In this document: positions 35,688 to 62,929 of the stretch, one piece after another
Layout: every line of letters starts with the position of its first letter
Position numbering within the stretch: position 1 is the stretch's first letter
From: the human T2T-CHM13v2.0 reference genome, Homo sapiens
Strand: one strand, 5' to 3'
DNA length: 64,000 nucleotides
NCBI RefSeq assembly: GCF_009914755.1
Contig: NC_060925.1
Notes under the pieces: model-generated
What the model was told of the DNA's origin: nothing
Databases searched by the model: none
Seen by the model: the letters and a program-made list of their open reading frames with translations, nothing else
Program-made: the position numbers and the translations under genes

Positions 35688-37154
35688 GTACCACACTCGC
35701 CTCTTACTTTGAAAATATACTCAACTTTAACTACATTGTGATGAGAAAACAAAAGTCATGAATACCATTCGCTCGGTTGTAACTTCTAAACTACACATAT
35801 TTTTTCCTTTCTTTAGTTCAGTTAAAGTATTTCTGGAAACATTATCATGTTTATGTTGGTTACATATTTTGGACAGTATTTCTCAGTTATGTTATTTGTC
35901 AATGAAATCAGTTGACACATATAAAGCACTTAATACAGTACCTAGTAGGTAGGTATTAGCCCTCAATTAGTGTTAGCCATTATTAATGCAATTATTGATG
36001 GCACTGTGTTAGGTTACTTCCTTGCTGACTTTCACAGAATGTGTTCCTTTCACCTGCATTTCACCATCCTGTATTGTGATGAGCTCAGTCACACATACCT
36101 TCAGATTTTTGTATTGCTGTGATGGCAATGAATAGAGTACTTTAAAACTCTTCATTTAATACCATAATTTCTTGGTAAATTATTCTACTGTCTTCTTATT
36201 CCTCTTTATTGCCACTTGTCCTTTTGACATTTTCATCACTCATAACAATTTGGGTAGATGAAGGAATGGTGACAAATACGTTAAATTGGGTTTTCACATG
36301 ATCTCTGCTTTATCTTTGCTAGTCTTCAGTGGCTTATCAGCTAATACGTGTTAAGCCATTTCTGTGTGCCACTGTCTGCTCTTAGTTCTTCACTGGTATG
36401 ATCTCATTAAATCTTTCCAACAACCTGTGAGATGGAGAGTGTGGTACTGACAGGAGATCTGTGGATTGGTGGAGAAAGATCAGAGAGCATTACGTTTCTA
36501 ATTAGTCAAAAGTAGAGTTTCACTGGAACTGAGCTAGCCCCTCCACAGAGGAGCATATGCACATTTTTTAGTGTGCCTTTTAATATTTTGCATTCCTGTG
36601 TGGGCATGTAGCTGTTCATAATACAGCCCATACAGGAAGGGAGGGTATCACCCAATATGAAAAGCTCTTTTTTTTATATTCTGCCACTCTGCTTTCTATA
36701 CTCTGCTCTTATATGACCGTTTTTAATGAATTTATACTAAAGTCTATATGCTTTAGGAAATTTTTACTGCTATTAGTTTCTTCTGATCTTAAATCAGCCT
36801 CAACATTTACAGGGCCACATCTTTATTCCATGGAGAAAAAGCAGAATCAGAGCCCAGATATTCCTTAAAACATATCTCTATGTCTTTTGCTTTCTGAAAA
36901 GCTCATATTCATTAGCTCAGTTTGCATCCTGACTCAGATGAGTTGTGTCTAAGGACGATGGTCACAAATGCATTTCCTTGCAAGTTAATGTCTTCATTTT
37001 ATGTGTGGAACAATTAAACCACAAATTAGGCACAGTAACTTCACTTGCCCAATATGACACAGCCCATGAGTAGTAGAGTAGGGAATCAAGTATTGACCAT
37101 TAGTCTCTAGGAGTCGTTGCCATTACAGATACTTTGAACCTAAAGCAGGGTCTA

Positions 37155-37600
<446 letters not shown>

Positions 37601-37639
37601 TAAAATAATTTTTTAAAAGATGGAATATGAGATACAATG

Positions 37640-39550
<1,911 letters not shown>

Positions 39551-40628
39551 TTTCTCGGTGCCTTTTTTCCTTATTATGGGGTTGTATTTTCCTGCTTCTT
39601 TGCATGCCTGGTGATTCTTTCTAATTGGATGCCAGATACTGTGAATGGGTACCAAATATATTTGTATTCCTATAAATATTCTTGATCTTTATTCTGGGTC
39701 CCAGTGAAGTTACCTGTAAACAGATTGATCCTTTCAGGCTTTGCTTTTTAAATTTGCTAGGCAGGACAAATAGTGTGTAGTCTAGGCCTGTTTTTCCTCT
39801 GCTACAAAGGCGAGACCTTCCTGAGTGCTCCTTGTGATGCCTCAGGAGTTAGGAGAGTCTCTAGTCTGGCGGATGGGAACCGGCACTATTCCGCAGCTTG
39901 CGTGAGCTTCAGCTCTTGTTCCTGCTAATCCTCTCAGGTGGTTTTTTCCTCCCATGAATGCCCTGGTGAGTCCTTGGAAGCCCTCCAGGCTGCACGCTGG
40001 GGCAGTCCTCGGGCTCACCTCCCTTGTTTCTTATCCTCGGGGGTCACTTTCCTTCAGTGTCTGAAACCTATTATTTTATATATTTTGGCTTTTTTTTTTT
40101 TAATCTCAGGAAGGTAAGTTTGGTCCCTGTTACTACAACTTGGCCAGAAGCAAAGCCCCCTGTGGTGCTCATTTAGTCACAGGCCACTTCTGGATGCAGA
40201 GTGGGCCAAACCTACCCAAACCACCCGGATGCTGCACCACAGGGGCGAGCTGGAATGGATATTGGGGGAGCCCTCTACAGTGTCCACCACAAAATCTTTT
40301 GTTGTTAGAAGTAATTTTTTTAGAAGCAACCCCAAAATAGATACAACTATTCTATATCAATAAAAGAAATTTTAATGTACAACTATTATATATCAATAAT
40401 AGATAAAAAAGAGGCAACCCAAAATCCATCCACAGGTGTTCACTTTAGTAAACTGTGCTATGCATATAAAATGGAACTCCGCAGCAGTGTAGAAGTATGA
40501 GACAACTGTCTAGCCACTGATAAAGTTCTCCAAGGGATATGGTAAAGTGAAAAAGGTGTGTTGATGGTTAATGTACGTATGTGCCTTTGGGTAAAGATGG
40601 GGTCAGAGAGGAAGATAATCTATATTCA

Positions 40629-41089
<461 letters not shown>

Positions 41090-41492
41090 GGAATGGTCTT
41101 CTGCAGGGGAAACAAATGAGAACTAGACAGAGCGTGGACGGGGGTGAGGGGAATTTACTACATGTCTTTATTAATACTTCCTGATTTTTGAACCACATGA
41201 ATATATTACCTATTTAAAAGGTAAGTTCAAAGATAAAAAGAAATTTTGAAGAATTCAGGGAGAGAGAAAAATGTTTACAATAAAAGCAAGATTTAAATAA
41301 ATGTGTGCATATTGATTATCACAACTGTAAAATGTATGTGCATTTGTGCAAAGAATATAAAGGAAGACAGAAAATGAAGAATTTCTGTGCTAGGCTAATG
41401 AAGATTTTTCGTATTCCAGCAGTTATAATAATGTTTGTAAAAATGTATCAAAAGGCAGTTAACAAAGTAAAATAAATACAAATAATTGATAG

Positions 41493-41762
<270 letters not shown>

Positions 41763-42139
41763 TAATTTTTTAAAAATAAATGCCATTAATCTATGTAAAT
41801 GTTACAAACTGTATCTAAGGACTAGGAGATAAGGAGTGAACAATAGGAGTTTTACTTGTAAGAAACTGATGGAGAGATGCTGAAACAATCTATTTACATC
41901 AACAGTTTATGTAAGTTCTTTGTTAGATCCTAGATCTGAGAAACTTTTTTGTGAGAAACTGATCGAGAGATGCTGAAATAAGTTTATTTGATAGCAACTA
42001 TTTTTATCCGGAATTTTGTTCATCTTTTTAGAGCCACTTTTTGTCATTCTGGTAGTATTGGCAAATGCTCATTCGTCAGCTACTTATAACTACCTGTAAG
42101 TGGCATCCTTCTCTTCTTTTTGGGTTTAATTTTCCATAA

Positions 42140-42982
<843 letters not shown>

Positions 42983-44163
42983 TGAGCCTGTTAGCCTAAT
43001 TCTGTGTAAACATGAAACACATCTGCCTGGCTCTGTTTGGAAAGTAGACATGAAAGAATCATCTATGTTCTAGTTTCTTATATACTTTGTGAGGTTTTTT
43101 CCAAAGTGCTATCTTTTAAGTTTTCATGTGAACTGGATTCCCTCTACTCTTTAAAATTCGTTACAGGTATTACGCTTAAGTGTTCATTGCCTATAACACG
43201 TATTTGTTTACTTACAACCGGGGTTATGGTCAGGTGAGATAGGAATAAGCCATATTGACAATTTAACGATTGTACTTCTTCATGCACAGTCACAGGACAA
43301 CAGGTGTGTATGAAGAGGTAGGAGCTATTTTATTTGTTATCAGTAGAGTAGGCAGTTTATAGTTTCACACTTAAACATGTCATTTTTTTCAAAACCAAAA
43401 GCTTTTTTGGTCTGCTTCCTTTAACTTTTCATCCCTTTACCTAAAAAGCCATTCTCAGGTTTATTTAGCAGGTTAAACTTTGGAATCTGACGTTCCTATA
43501 TTTAGGTATAGAATCCAAGGCAAGTGTGAATATTTACACAGATTTTTCTTTGACCTTCTCTTTAAGGTACAATACCCTTCTTTAACAGATATTCAAAATC
43601 TAGTGATACAAATCAAGAAAATATGCTCACTTTTGAAAGCCTGGTGTGCTTGCTGAAAATCTAAGGGAAGGCAGTATATTACAGTGAGTAAAGCCTGGGC
43701 TATGGATTAAGACACGGATTCAAATCCCAGCTCGGTCACTAGTTAGGAAGATTCACTTAGACAAGTTATTTAACCTTTCTTTGCCTGTGTTTCCTTATTA
43801 GGAAAATGGAAAGATGAATCCCTCATAGCTTACTCTGAGGGCTAAATGATGTATTTATATAGTACTTCTCCCTATGCAGTAGGTGCTCCTGGAGAGCTGG
43901 AACTTTGTTTTGTTCATTATTATATTCCTAGTGTTTGACACAGTGCCTAGAACATATAAATGTTCGATATGTGTTTGCTGAGTGACAAAAAAAAACTACT
44001 TGTGGGGTGCCTGGCATGTAGCAGGTACTGAGAAAGTAGTAGTGCCTTAATATTACTTACAAAGGAACTTATTTCTTAGAGATAGGCTGGAACGTTTTTA
44101 CTTCTTAGTTATATATGTAAATTTTATTCTGTTTAACACACGAAGTTGAAGATCTGCCAGTTA

Positions 44164-44828
44164 CAGTAGTCTCCCTTACCCAGGGGATATGTTTCAAACC
44201 CATGGTGGATGCCGGAAACCGTGGGTAGTTCTGAACCGTATATACAGTATGTTTTTTCCTAAACATACTATACATATCTATGGTAAAGTTTAATTGATAA
44301 ATTAAGAACAGTAAGAGATTAACAGCAGTAACTAATAACATAGAACAATGATAACAATATACTCATCACAATTTCATGGATAGAAGATTCGTTTTTGCCT
44401 AAAATTGTAGCACTCTCAGCATATGGGTTTTTCCTTTCCTTCTTGAGAACTTCCACCTTTTCACTTAAATGCAGCACTTTATGACTTCTCTTTGGCATAT
44501 CCCAATTGCTGGCATCACTCCTCTTGCACTTTGGGGCCATTATTAAGTAAAATAAATGTTACTTGAACACAAGCACTATGATACCACAGTAGATCTGATA
44601 ACCAAGACGGCTACTGAGTGTGGAGGTGTGAAATAAAGGGATGATTCCTATCACAGGCTGGAAGCAATAAGACAGCTCAAAATTTTATGACACTACCAGA
44701 ATGGCTGACAATTTTAAACTTATGAACTGTTTATTTCTGGAATTTTCCATTTACTATTTTTGGACCTTGGTTGACCACAGGTAACTGAAACTACAGAAAG
44801 CAAAACCATGAATAAAGGAGGACTACTG
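44164..44828 (-). mobile_element. MER44 (Tigger7-derived) TcMar element with residual transposase N-terminus (44319..44540, -)
   Basis: TIRs CAGTAGTC.../...GACTACTG, TA TSD on both sides; MAPKCKRSDA...KNESSIHEI peptide. Confidence 0.85.
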
Positions 44829-44880
44829 TATTTTGTGATAAGAAGATTAAAGTGTCTTTTCATGTGCCCTTACTTTCTAG

Positions 44881-49817
<4,937 letters not shown>

Positions 49818-50798
49818 TAATGAGGAAAATTTTTTTATTACTTTTTTATTTACATACTTAGTTTTTTAAAAAAAATTAAACAAATAGTTTTGTTTTGTGT
49901 TTTTAATTCCTTCAAAGTCAGTGAGAAGGTTCTAGAAGGGTCAAATGCAAGATAGGAAAGGAATGATCCATAAGGCTTCATATCAGCCATAAAGGGATGG
50001 TCCTTGGGATGAACAGTTTCTGTGTTGTGGCAGGAGGAAGGTGAGGAGGGGGTACATATATCATTAATTGTGTATGTTTGGTATCATAAAGGTGATTAAT
50101 TTGCTTTCTGATGGCTTCTTTTTTCCTTAAAAAATAGGTGAGATTGAGGCAGGAAATAGAGAGGTTGAAAATAGTCATTGCTGGGGGTAGGTTAGTGCAT
50201 GACCAGAGAACTGTAGCAGGATTCCCAGGTATTTTGATGGTGCATTTGAGGTTGGTGATGATGCGTTTATTGTAGAAACACTGTACCCTGTTATATGTGA
50301 CTTTCTGTATGTATTTGGCGACTTGGGTTTAGGTAAGAACAAAGTCAATAATTGGCTTTATTGGAGTTGGCATTTTGACAGTTATGAAAAGTCAGAGGGA
50401 AAAAGAAGTCTAAGGTATTGCAAGGTGTGTTACTGAATGATGAACTGAGGACTCCACTACAGGAAGACTAAGACGTTATTAACACATTTATAGTTGAAAT
50501 AATTGAACAAGCCCATGAGAGAGTGAAGCTGAGATGTTGATGATTTTGGAGATGGAGCGGTTATGGGTGATGATAAAGGACAATGTGTGTAGCCTTGAGA
50601 GTGATAGCTCATTAGGAATGGAAAAAGAGATCTCAGGAAGACCAAAGAACCAGGAGGCTGTCCACAGGGAGGAGGAAGTTTCCCGGAAATGATGGTTGGG
50701 CTGGCTGAGGAGGAGGACTGTCCGAGGCAAGAGTCTGAAGAATGAGAGCCAGTTTGGCAAATCAGTCGGACAGGTCTTTTCTAATTATGTGTTGTTGA

Positions 50799-50993
<195 letters not shown>

Positions 50994-50996
50994 TAA

Positions 50997-51526
<530 letters not shown>

Positions 51527-51986
51527 ATGGTTTCTTAATGTGTTTTTAAAGACAAAATAATTATTGAATGTTTTATAAATTCCCTTTGAGAAATGTGTCT
51601 TCAAATTTATTCATTTGAAGTCAAGTGATGAATGATTTCTTAAAATAAGGGTGGCAGTGGTAATGTTACCTCTATTCAGATCCAGACTAAACAGATCTTA
51701 CACATCATGAGACAAAGAAACAAAGTCTGTGCTTTCCAAGATGGCACACAAGTACAAGAACTTTTTGTTTTAGACTCTTGATTTTTTTGCCCCTTCTAAA
51801 AAGAGCTAAGGGAAATCTCTTTCTTCCATACACCTCATTAAAACATCATATAGATATTTTCCACCAAGAAAAAAGCCTTTACCAACTTGAAAAGGAAATG
51901 ATCTAGTTATTTTTTTAATGTATGCCTCATGTGTTAGAAAATGTAAGGTGTATTACCAACCAAGAAGAAGTGCTATTCCTAGATGA

Positions 51987-52244
<258 letters not shown>

Positions 52245-52838
52245 TAGTGCTTTTAATATAGGTCGTGTTCTTGCATGATCCCACTAAAAACTTTAATCCT
52301 CACAGTTTACCTCTATGGTAGGTGTTATTATTCCCTCTTTACCAATAAGCAACAAGCAGGTTATACACATGTGAAATAATTAATACAAGGCCATGCAGTT
52401 CATTGGGTTTTGAATACAGGTCTTTTTGCCTCCAGGTGGTTTTTTCTTCTACCAGTTGGAATGTTAGGGTACGATAAAGAGTAAAAACACCTGCTTTGAT
52501 GTGTGATTGACTGCATTTGATAGGTCATTTGTTATGTATTTCAAATATGTCTGCATTGTTTGAAAAGAGTTAAAAAAAGATGTAAGATTCACACCAGAGG
52601 TAGTATTCATACTAAGCAGAAACTTTAATGGGACTTAAGTGTCTTTTTGCTGTTATGAGTTCTTCTCAATGAGATTATTTGTGAATAGCCTGAACAGTAA
52701 AGCTTTGATTTACCAATGGTCCCAACCAGTGTTGGTGGCAGCTGTGGTAATGGTAGTGATGGTTGTACTAGTAGTGAGATCTTTATTCCCGCAAGTATCA
52801 AGATATGGGAGGTTGAAGAGTCAAGTTAATAACAAGTA

Positions 52839-53125
52839 GGCCTAGTCCAGTGGCTCACGTCTGTAATCCCAGCACTTTGGGAGGCCAAGGTGAGAGGATC
52901 AGGAGTTGGAGACCACGCTGGGCAGCATAGCCAAACCTCATCTCTAATAAAAATCAAAACAATTAGCCAGGTGTGGTGGCGTGCACCTATAGTCCCAACT
53001 ACTCAGGAGGTTGAGGCAGGAGGATTGCTTGAGCCTGGGAAATTGAGGCTACAGTGAGCTATGATCTCGCCAGTGCATTCCAGCCAGTCTCAAAAAAGAC
53101 AAATAATTCGTGTGTGTGTGTGTGT
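52839..53125 (+). mobile_element. AluJ-like element followed by (TG)n
   Basis: Alu consensus. Confidence 0.85.
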
Positions 53126-53219
53126 AAAAATATTTTTAAAAAAGAGAGTAAAGTTAGGTGTTAAAGTATGATATTAAGGCTTATGAAGTAAGCAAGACAA
53201 TGAAATCCTACTACCCCCT

Positions 53220-56750
<3,531 letters not shown>

Positions 56751-56922
56751 TTTTCAAAGAAAAGAATGAGTGTCTGTCATGTAAGAATGGCTGGGTAGGG
56801 TCTCACCAAAAAGCAGGAGCTGGGCTGGTTATTGTAAGTGTCTTTGTTTTTTTCAGTGTTGTTCTGGTTGTAAATAGACAGGTATATGAAAAATGAGCCC
56901 CACAGCAATTTAAACAAAAGCA

Positions 56923-57224
56923 CAGTCCTTTCACCACTTAGTAATGGGGATGTTTTGTGCAAGCGTCCTAGAGTGTACTCATACAAACCTCAGTGGAGTA
57001 GCTTGCTACAATCACTCCTAGGCCCTATGGGACAGCCTTTTGATCCTAGGCTACAAACCTGTACAGCTGTTACTGTCCTGAATACTGTAGGCCGTTGTAA
57101 CACAGTGTTACTTGTGTATCTAAACATAGAAAAGGTACCATAAAAATGTGGTAGGATAATCTTACAAGACCACCATTATATATGCAGTCTGTTTTTGACC
57201 GAAACGTCATGTGGCACATGACTG
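56923..57224 (-). mobile_element. Tigger3a/Golem-like MITE
   Basis: TTGACCGAAACGTC...CATGACTG terminus; CCTAGGCTACAAACCTGTACAG core. Confidence 0.75.
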
Positions 57225-57267
57225 TATTTAAACAATTTGTCATTTGCCTTTTAATAATAAAGAATGA

Positions 57268-57802
<535 letters not shown>

Positions 57803-60224
57803 GTGACTGTGAGGATGAACCTTCATACCCTTTCCAAGACGTGTTACACAGACAGACCTTTTTAAGTCCTGGACTTTTAAATGACCATGAAGTTATCATT
57901 GAATGTTAAGATTTTTTCTTCTTGATTTTTTAATACACGTAATCTTTTTGAAGCAGACATTGTATACAGAATCTTACTTCTCTTTGTTCCTGATATATTA
58001 AAATGGCCAGTTAGGCTCTTTTTGTAGTTGAATTGTCTTCTAAAGAGATTGGATGGCCTCTAAAGAGGTATGTGTATCTTTATTTCAGATGTCACCCAGA
58101 GTAAATTATAATTAGAAGTATAGCTAGAATGAGCCCCAAACCTTAGCCTCATTTATTTTGTTCTGTTACATAAGTCATTTTCCCCTTAGAGTGCTTGAAG
58201 AAATGCCACCTACAGGTTGTGTACTTTTCATAATGGTTTCCATGAATGTAGTACGTTCATACAGGCTTCATTCAACCTGGCGTTCCCCTCCATAATTAAG
58301 ATGAAACATTCCGGTTTTCTCACAACACATTAGCACATACTGTCCATTAGCATATCTGGGATAACCAGGTTTTGGGGGTTGAGTTTTGGCCTTCATCCTT
58401 GTAGATCCCTTTCCTATTGATTTCCCACCTTCCAGTGAAATTCTGAAAGTCTTATCTTAAAAATCGATCCGCTTACCATGGGCCTATTCTTGTAAGTTTC
58501 AGTTAGCATTTGCATGTGTAATATTAAAATGAAAGAGCTTCTTACCCAGTGCTGTTGCCCTTTTGAGTATTTTTGTTTTTAAAATAATGATTGTAAAATG
58601 TTTTACAAGTAATGTAAAAGCTAGTATCATTCTTACATACTTCTGTGTTTAAATTTTCATTCTTACCAAAACAGTTAACTCTTTCTTTCCAATCAATTTA
58701 TACAAAAGAGGTCGCTCCAGCCCTACCACAGGTCTGACTGGCACTGCCTTTTGTTTGCCCTTGAACAGGGCAGTGTTGTGGGGACTGCAAAAGAGAAAAC
58801 GTCCAGGCGAGCCCAGTTGTCCTCGCCCACAGGGTCCTGCAGGCTCCATCAGTCACCGCTTTCTATGGCGTTTGTAGTTGTGTCTTTTAAGAAGTGAGTG
58901 TGATTGTTTACTTGATAAATCAGCTCACTCTCTGGTGCTTTTTAGAGAAGTCCCTGATTCCTTCTTAAACTTGGAATGATAGATGAAATTCACACCCCTG
59001 CAGATCAGAAAAAACAAATAGAAGAAAATGAGGGTTACAGTAACCTGTTGTCTTTATATAACTTGCAACAAACTAATTTATTTTTTTTTCCTTTTTTTGT
59101 TTTTGGTTTTTTATGGTTTTTTAAGGAAAATACTTTTCTCCTTTGAAGTTTTACAGCTTTTTGTAAATGCGTCCTGATAATGATTAGGAAAATCGACCTT
59201 TTCATCCATGATGACCATCCTCATAGCTCAGATCTCCTTTCAAAGTAGTGGCTTTCTGGATGGTAATTCCATCTTAAGGTGTCAGAACTATTTTCAAATG
59301 CTGCCTTTGACAGTTCTTGGAATTTTCTGATATTAAGCAGTTCCATGCAAATATTCGTGTTTTATAAATAGCTCTCATAGTCTGCTCCATCTTGATAGTT
59401 AAGTGATTTCTGAAGCGTTTGTGTGTGTGTTGATCAGGTTGTGTGATATTTTTGCTTGATAGAGAATCAAATTTGAAACAATTAACCAGCCAGTAGATTG
59501 TCTGTCAGTGACCTTCTGTAGTAATAAAGTTTTTGCCACTGTAAATAAAAACAGTATCCGTAGCTATCAGGATCATTGCGCACTCATATATGCTAAGCCT
59601 TCTGTTCTCTAATAGAAGCCTTTCTTTTCCATTGTTTCTGGATATTTGTATTATCCAAATGTGCTTATTTCTTTGCCTTAGCACACGTTTTATGGAGTAC
59701 TTGTTATACTAGGTTTGATTTGAAACTGGTGCTTGTCGCAGAACTGTCAGAGCATGAGGAGCGCTCCTCCTGTGGGTGGACGCATTCACGCACTCCCAGG
59801 TTGCACCTGCTGCTGGCGGTGAGCAGGGGGTTCAGCAGCTTGACCGATGCCCCCCGAGGGGGCTCTCCCCAGCTTAAACTTTGTTGTTTAAATTTGTTAA
59901 CTTTTTATATTAATGACTATTGAAAGTGGTAATAAAAATTTATATTATAGGCTTCAATGTTTTCATGAATGTTACCCAAAAAGCTGTGTTTTCTTTGGTC
60001 AGAGGTCAAAATTTATGAAAAACAAAATGCTGTATGAATGGAAATCATTTTGCAATTGAGTGACACTTCATTGTAATTCACAGTGTAAATTTAATCCAAA
60101 CTGAAATTTTGTTTCAACTGAATTTGTAATTAACTCTGAATTTGTTTTTAATCATTAGTAATATTTCAGTTGGGTATCTTTTTAAGTAAAAACAACAAAT
60201 AAACTCTGTACATGTAAAACGTGA
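57803..60224 (+). other. PER3: PER3 3'UTR (end approximate)
   Basis: Alu-free stretch after the stop; distal AATAAA at 60198..60203 with TGTA elements nearby. Confidence 0.8.
60198..60203 (+). terminator. Distal PER3 poly(A) signal; proximal candidates at 59523, 59544, 59931
   Basis: AATAAA hexamers seen in sequence. Confidence 0.75.
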
Positions 60225-60431
60225 GAAATTGTCCTGCCCTGTGTCAACAAATCTTTGAATGTGTATTCTGTATCATTTAGAAGTGCTTCTTATGATCTAT
60301 TGAGGGGCCCTCATATTAGTTAACCTTGTGTTTCTCAGGCACATTCTGTGTTTGCCTTGGCCAATGTGTCTGAGCACCTACTATGTGGAGGATGAAGATG
60401 CAGGCACTTTGAAATGTATTGGCTTATTTAG

Positions 60432-60485
60432 CCCTTTTACACCTAGTGTTCCATTATTGGAACGCTAAGCTTGTGGGAGCTAGGG
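60432..60485 (+). mobile_element. MER85 (piggyBac/PGBD3 MITE) remnant
   Basis: CCTAGTGTTCCATTATTGGAACGCTAAGCTTGTGGGAG matches the MER85 5' portion; CCC...GGG ends with TTAG/TGAA flanks. Confidence 0.75.
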
Positions 60486-61130
60486 TGAACCTGTGTACAA
60501 GATCTGACTGTGTAACTGGTGGCAACAAAATCTAGAAATTAAAATAGGGAACAAGATCCTGAAGCCAACAGAGCTTTTTAAAGTTTACACCTTTCAGACC
60601 ATTTGCACCTTTCTTTTCTATAACAAACCATAATAAGAGCAGGAAGAAAAATAGCTAAGTATACTTTGCGTGTATACTACTCTGACAGGTGCTGGTCTAA
60701 GTGCTTGATGTGAATTATTTAATCCTCACAACTGCCCTGTGAAATAAGCATTGTGTTATTGTCATTTTACAGAGAAGTAAACTGAGGCAGGGGGAGTCAA
60801 GTAACTGGATCAGAGACTCACAGCTGGTGTGCACTGGGAGTAGGAATCTGACCCTAGAAACCTGATGCAAAGCCCCAATCTGTATGAATCATCACCTGAT
60901 ACACTAAAATGAGTAGGGACTTCAGAATTCTGCAGTGGAATTCCACTTTTAAGTTATCTCTGATACAGGAATAGTTTTATGGTGCCAACATTGTGTTCCA
61001 GAGAACTGGTTTAATTTCAACACTGAGAGACACACCACAGTGTTATCATAGCTGTCCTCAATGTTAGCATGTTTCTGAGCTTGCACATTCATTCCAGTTT
61101 AAAACATCTCTCCCTTAGATTTGTTCTTGA

Positions 61131-61436
<306 letters not shown>

Positions 61437-62064
61437 AAGTTCTTGATGTCTTTAGGGTAAACGCTCTGAGACCTGTACTCTCTAGGAAACTTGTGATGGT
61501 CAGTGACAAGATTGACACAAGTCGTGTGTTGCTCTTTGGTTGTTGCAGACCCCTCTGGAATGTGGTGGGATGTCAGAGCTCAATGAGAGAAACAAGTTTC
61601 TCATAAACATCCAGGCCTCCCCTATACATGGTTCTGTGTAGAACCACACAGAACTCTCAGGAGTTCACACTGTATATTCTATACATACATAAACCACATT
61701 TATACAGATGTATTCACGGAATAGAAGTCAGTACTTACACACATAGTTTTTAAAAATTCGTAAGCCAGGCTCTTTCTTCCACAATCTTAAATCTTGCCTC
61801 AGCTTTCTTCTCTCTGCAAGAGACATCAAGGTGTTTTTCCCGGTGTAAGAAACTGTGATCCTTGAGCTCACAGACGCTGAGATCATACAAGTTTCAATGT
61901 TAAAAGATTAAAATTGTCAAGTGTTCAGGACTTTGGTCAGCCAAGAGAAAGAATCTCAGCACATGAACTTCCCCCACGAACTTCAGAAACCAAGGAGCAT
62001 CAGACACTCCCGCCCTTCATCTCAGACACCCGTAACTAGAGATTTTTTCCAAGCCAAGATACTG

Positions 62065-62402
62065 TTTTCTTTTTATTTTGTTTTATTTTATTTTTTATTT
62101 TATTTATTTTATTGTTTATTTTCAAGACACTCTTCCTCTGTTGCCCAGGCTGGAGTGTAGTGGTCCGATCTCGGCTCACTGCAAGCTCCACCCCAAAGGT
62201 CTGAGCGATTCTCGTGCCTCAGCCTCCTGAGCAGTTGGGACTACAGGCACCTGCCACCATGCCCTGCTAATTTTTGTATTTTTGGTAGAGACAGGGTTTT
62301 GTCATGTTCCCAGGATGATCTCAAACTCCTGGTCTCAAGTGATCCACCCATTTCAGCTTCCCAAAGGGCTAGGATTACAGGCGTGAGCTACTGTGCCTGG
62401 CT
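62065..62402 (-). mobile_element. Alu with a (TTTTA)n tail
   Basis: Alu consensus. Confidence 0.88.
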
Positions 62403-62676
62403 GTGATTTATTTTTTAAAAGTAATATGTTGTCTTTTTAAAAGGTTGAGAGGACATCATAGCTAAGATAATGTAGTTTATTTAAATGATTTGCCATTTAA
62501 CAAAAGTTTAACTTTTGTGACTTTTTCTTAGTGTTTGCTTCTGTTCATTCATTAGCTTTGCTTCTGAAATGTCAAAGAATTTTCTAAGGATAAATGGAAG
62601 AAAAGAATAATTATAAATTTTCAGGACATGTTTATAGGGAAAATAACCACTCATGATATGTGCAAAACATAGAGGA

Positions 62677-62682
62677 TTTATT
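62677..62682 (-). terminator. UTS2: UTS2 poly(A) signal
   Basis: TTTATT on + = AATAAA on -, about 130 nt past the UTS2 stop. Confidence 0.75.
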
Positions 62683-62812
62683 TTCCAGGTAACAATGAAC
62701 AGGGTGTAGTTTGCCTAGTTTTTCTCCACACTGTTTTCAAATCAAGCATTGTGTTATTTTTCATATTCTAAGATGGGTGTTTCTGAGCTGACTAACAGAT
62801 GCTTATTTCACT

Positions 62813-62929
62813 TCAGACACAGTATTTCCAGAAGCAATCAGGAGTCTCACGTTTCTTGTATGGTTTCCAGATTCTGGCCAAAAGATGACTCAGTAAAATG
62901 TTAGGATCTTGTCCAGAGAAATCCTGAAA
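62813..62929 (-). CDS. UTS2: UTS2 terminal coding exon: FQDFSGQDPNILLSHLLARIWKPYKKR-ETPDCFWKYCV*; mature urotensin II at 62816..62848
   Basis: Manual translation of the - strand; KKR convertase site plus cyclic CFWKYC core; ttttag| acceptor after a T/GTT-rich tract. Confidence 0.97.
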   Translation of the reverse strand, partial: FQDFSGQDPNILLSHLLARIWKPYKKRETPDCFWKYCV

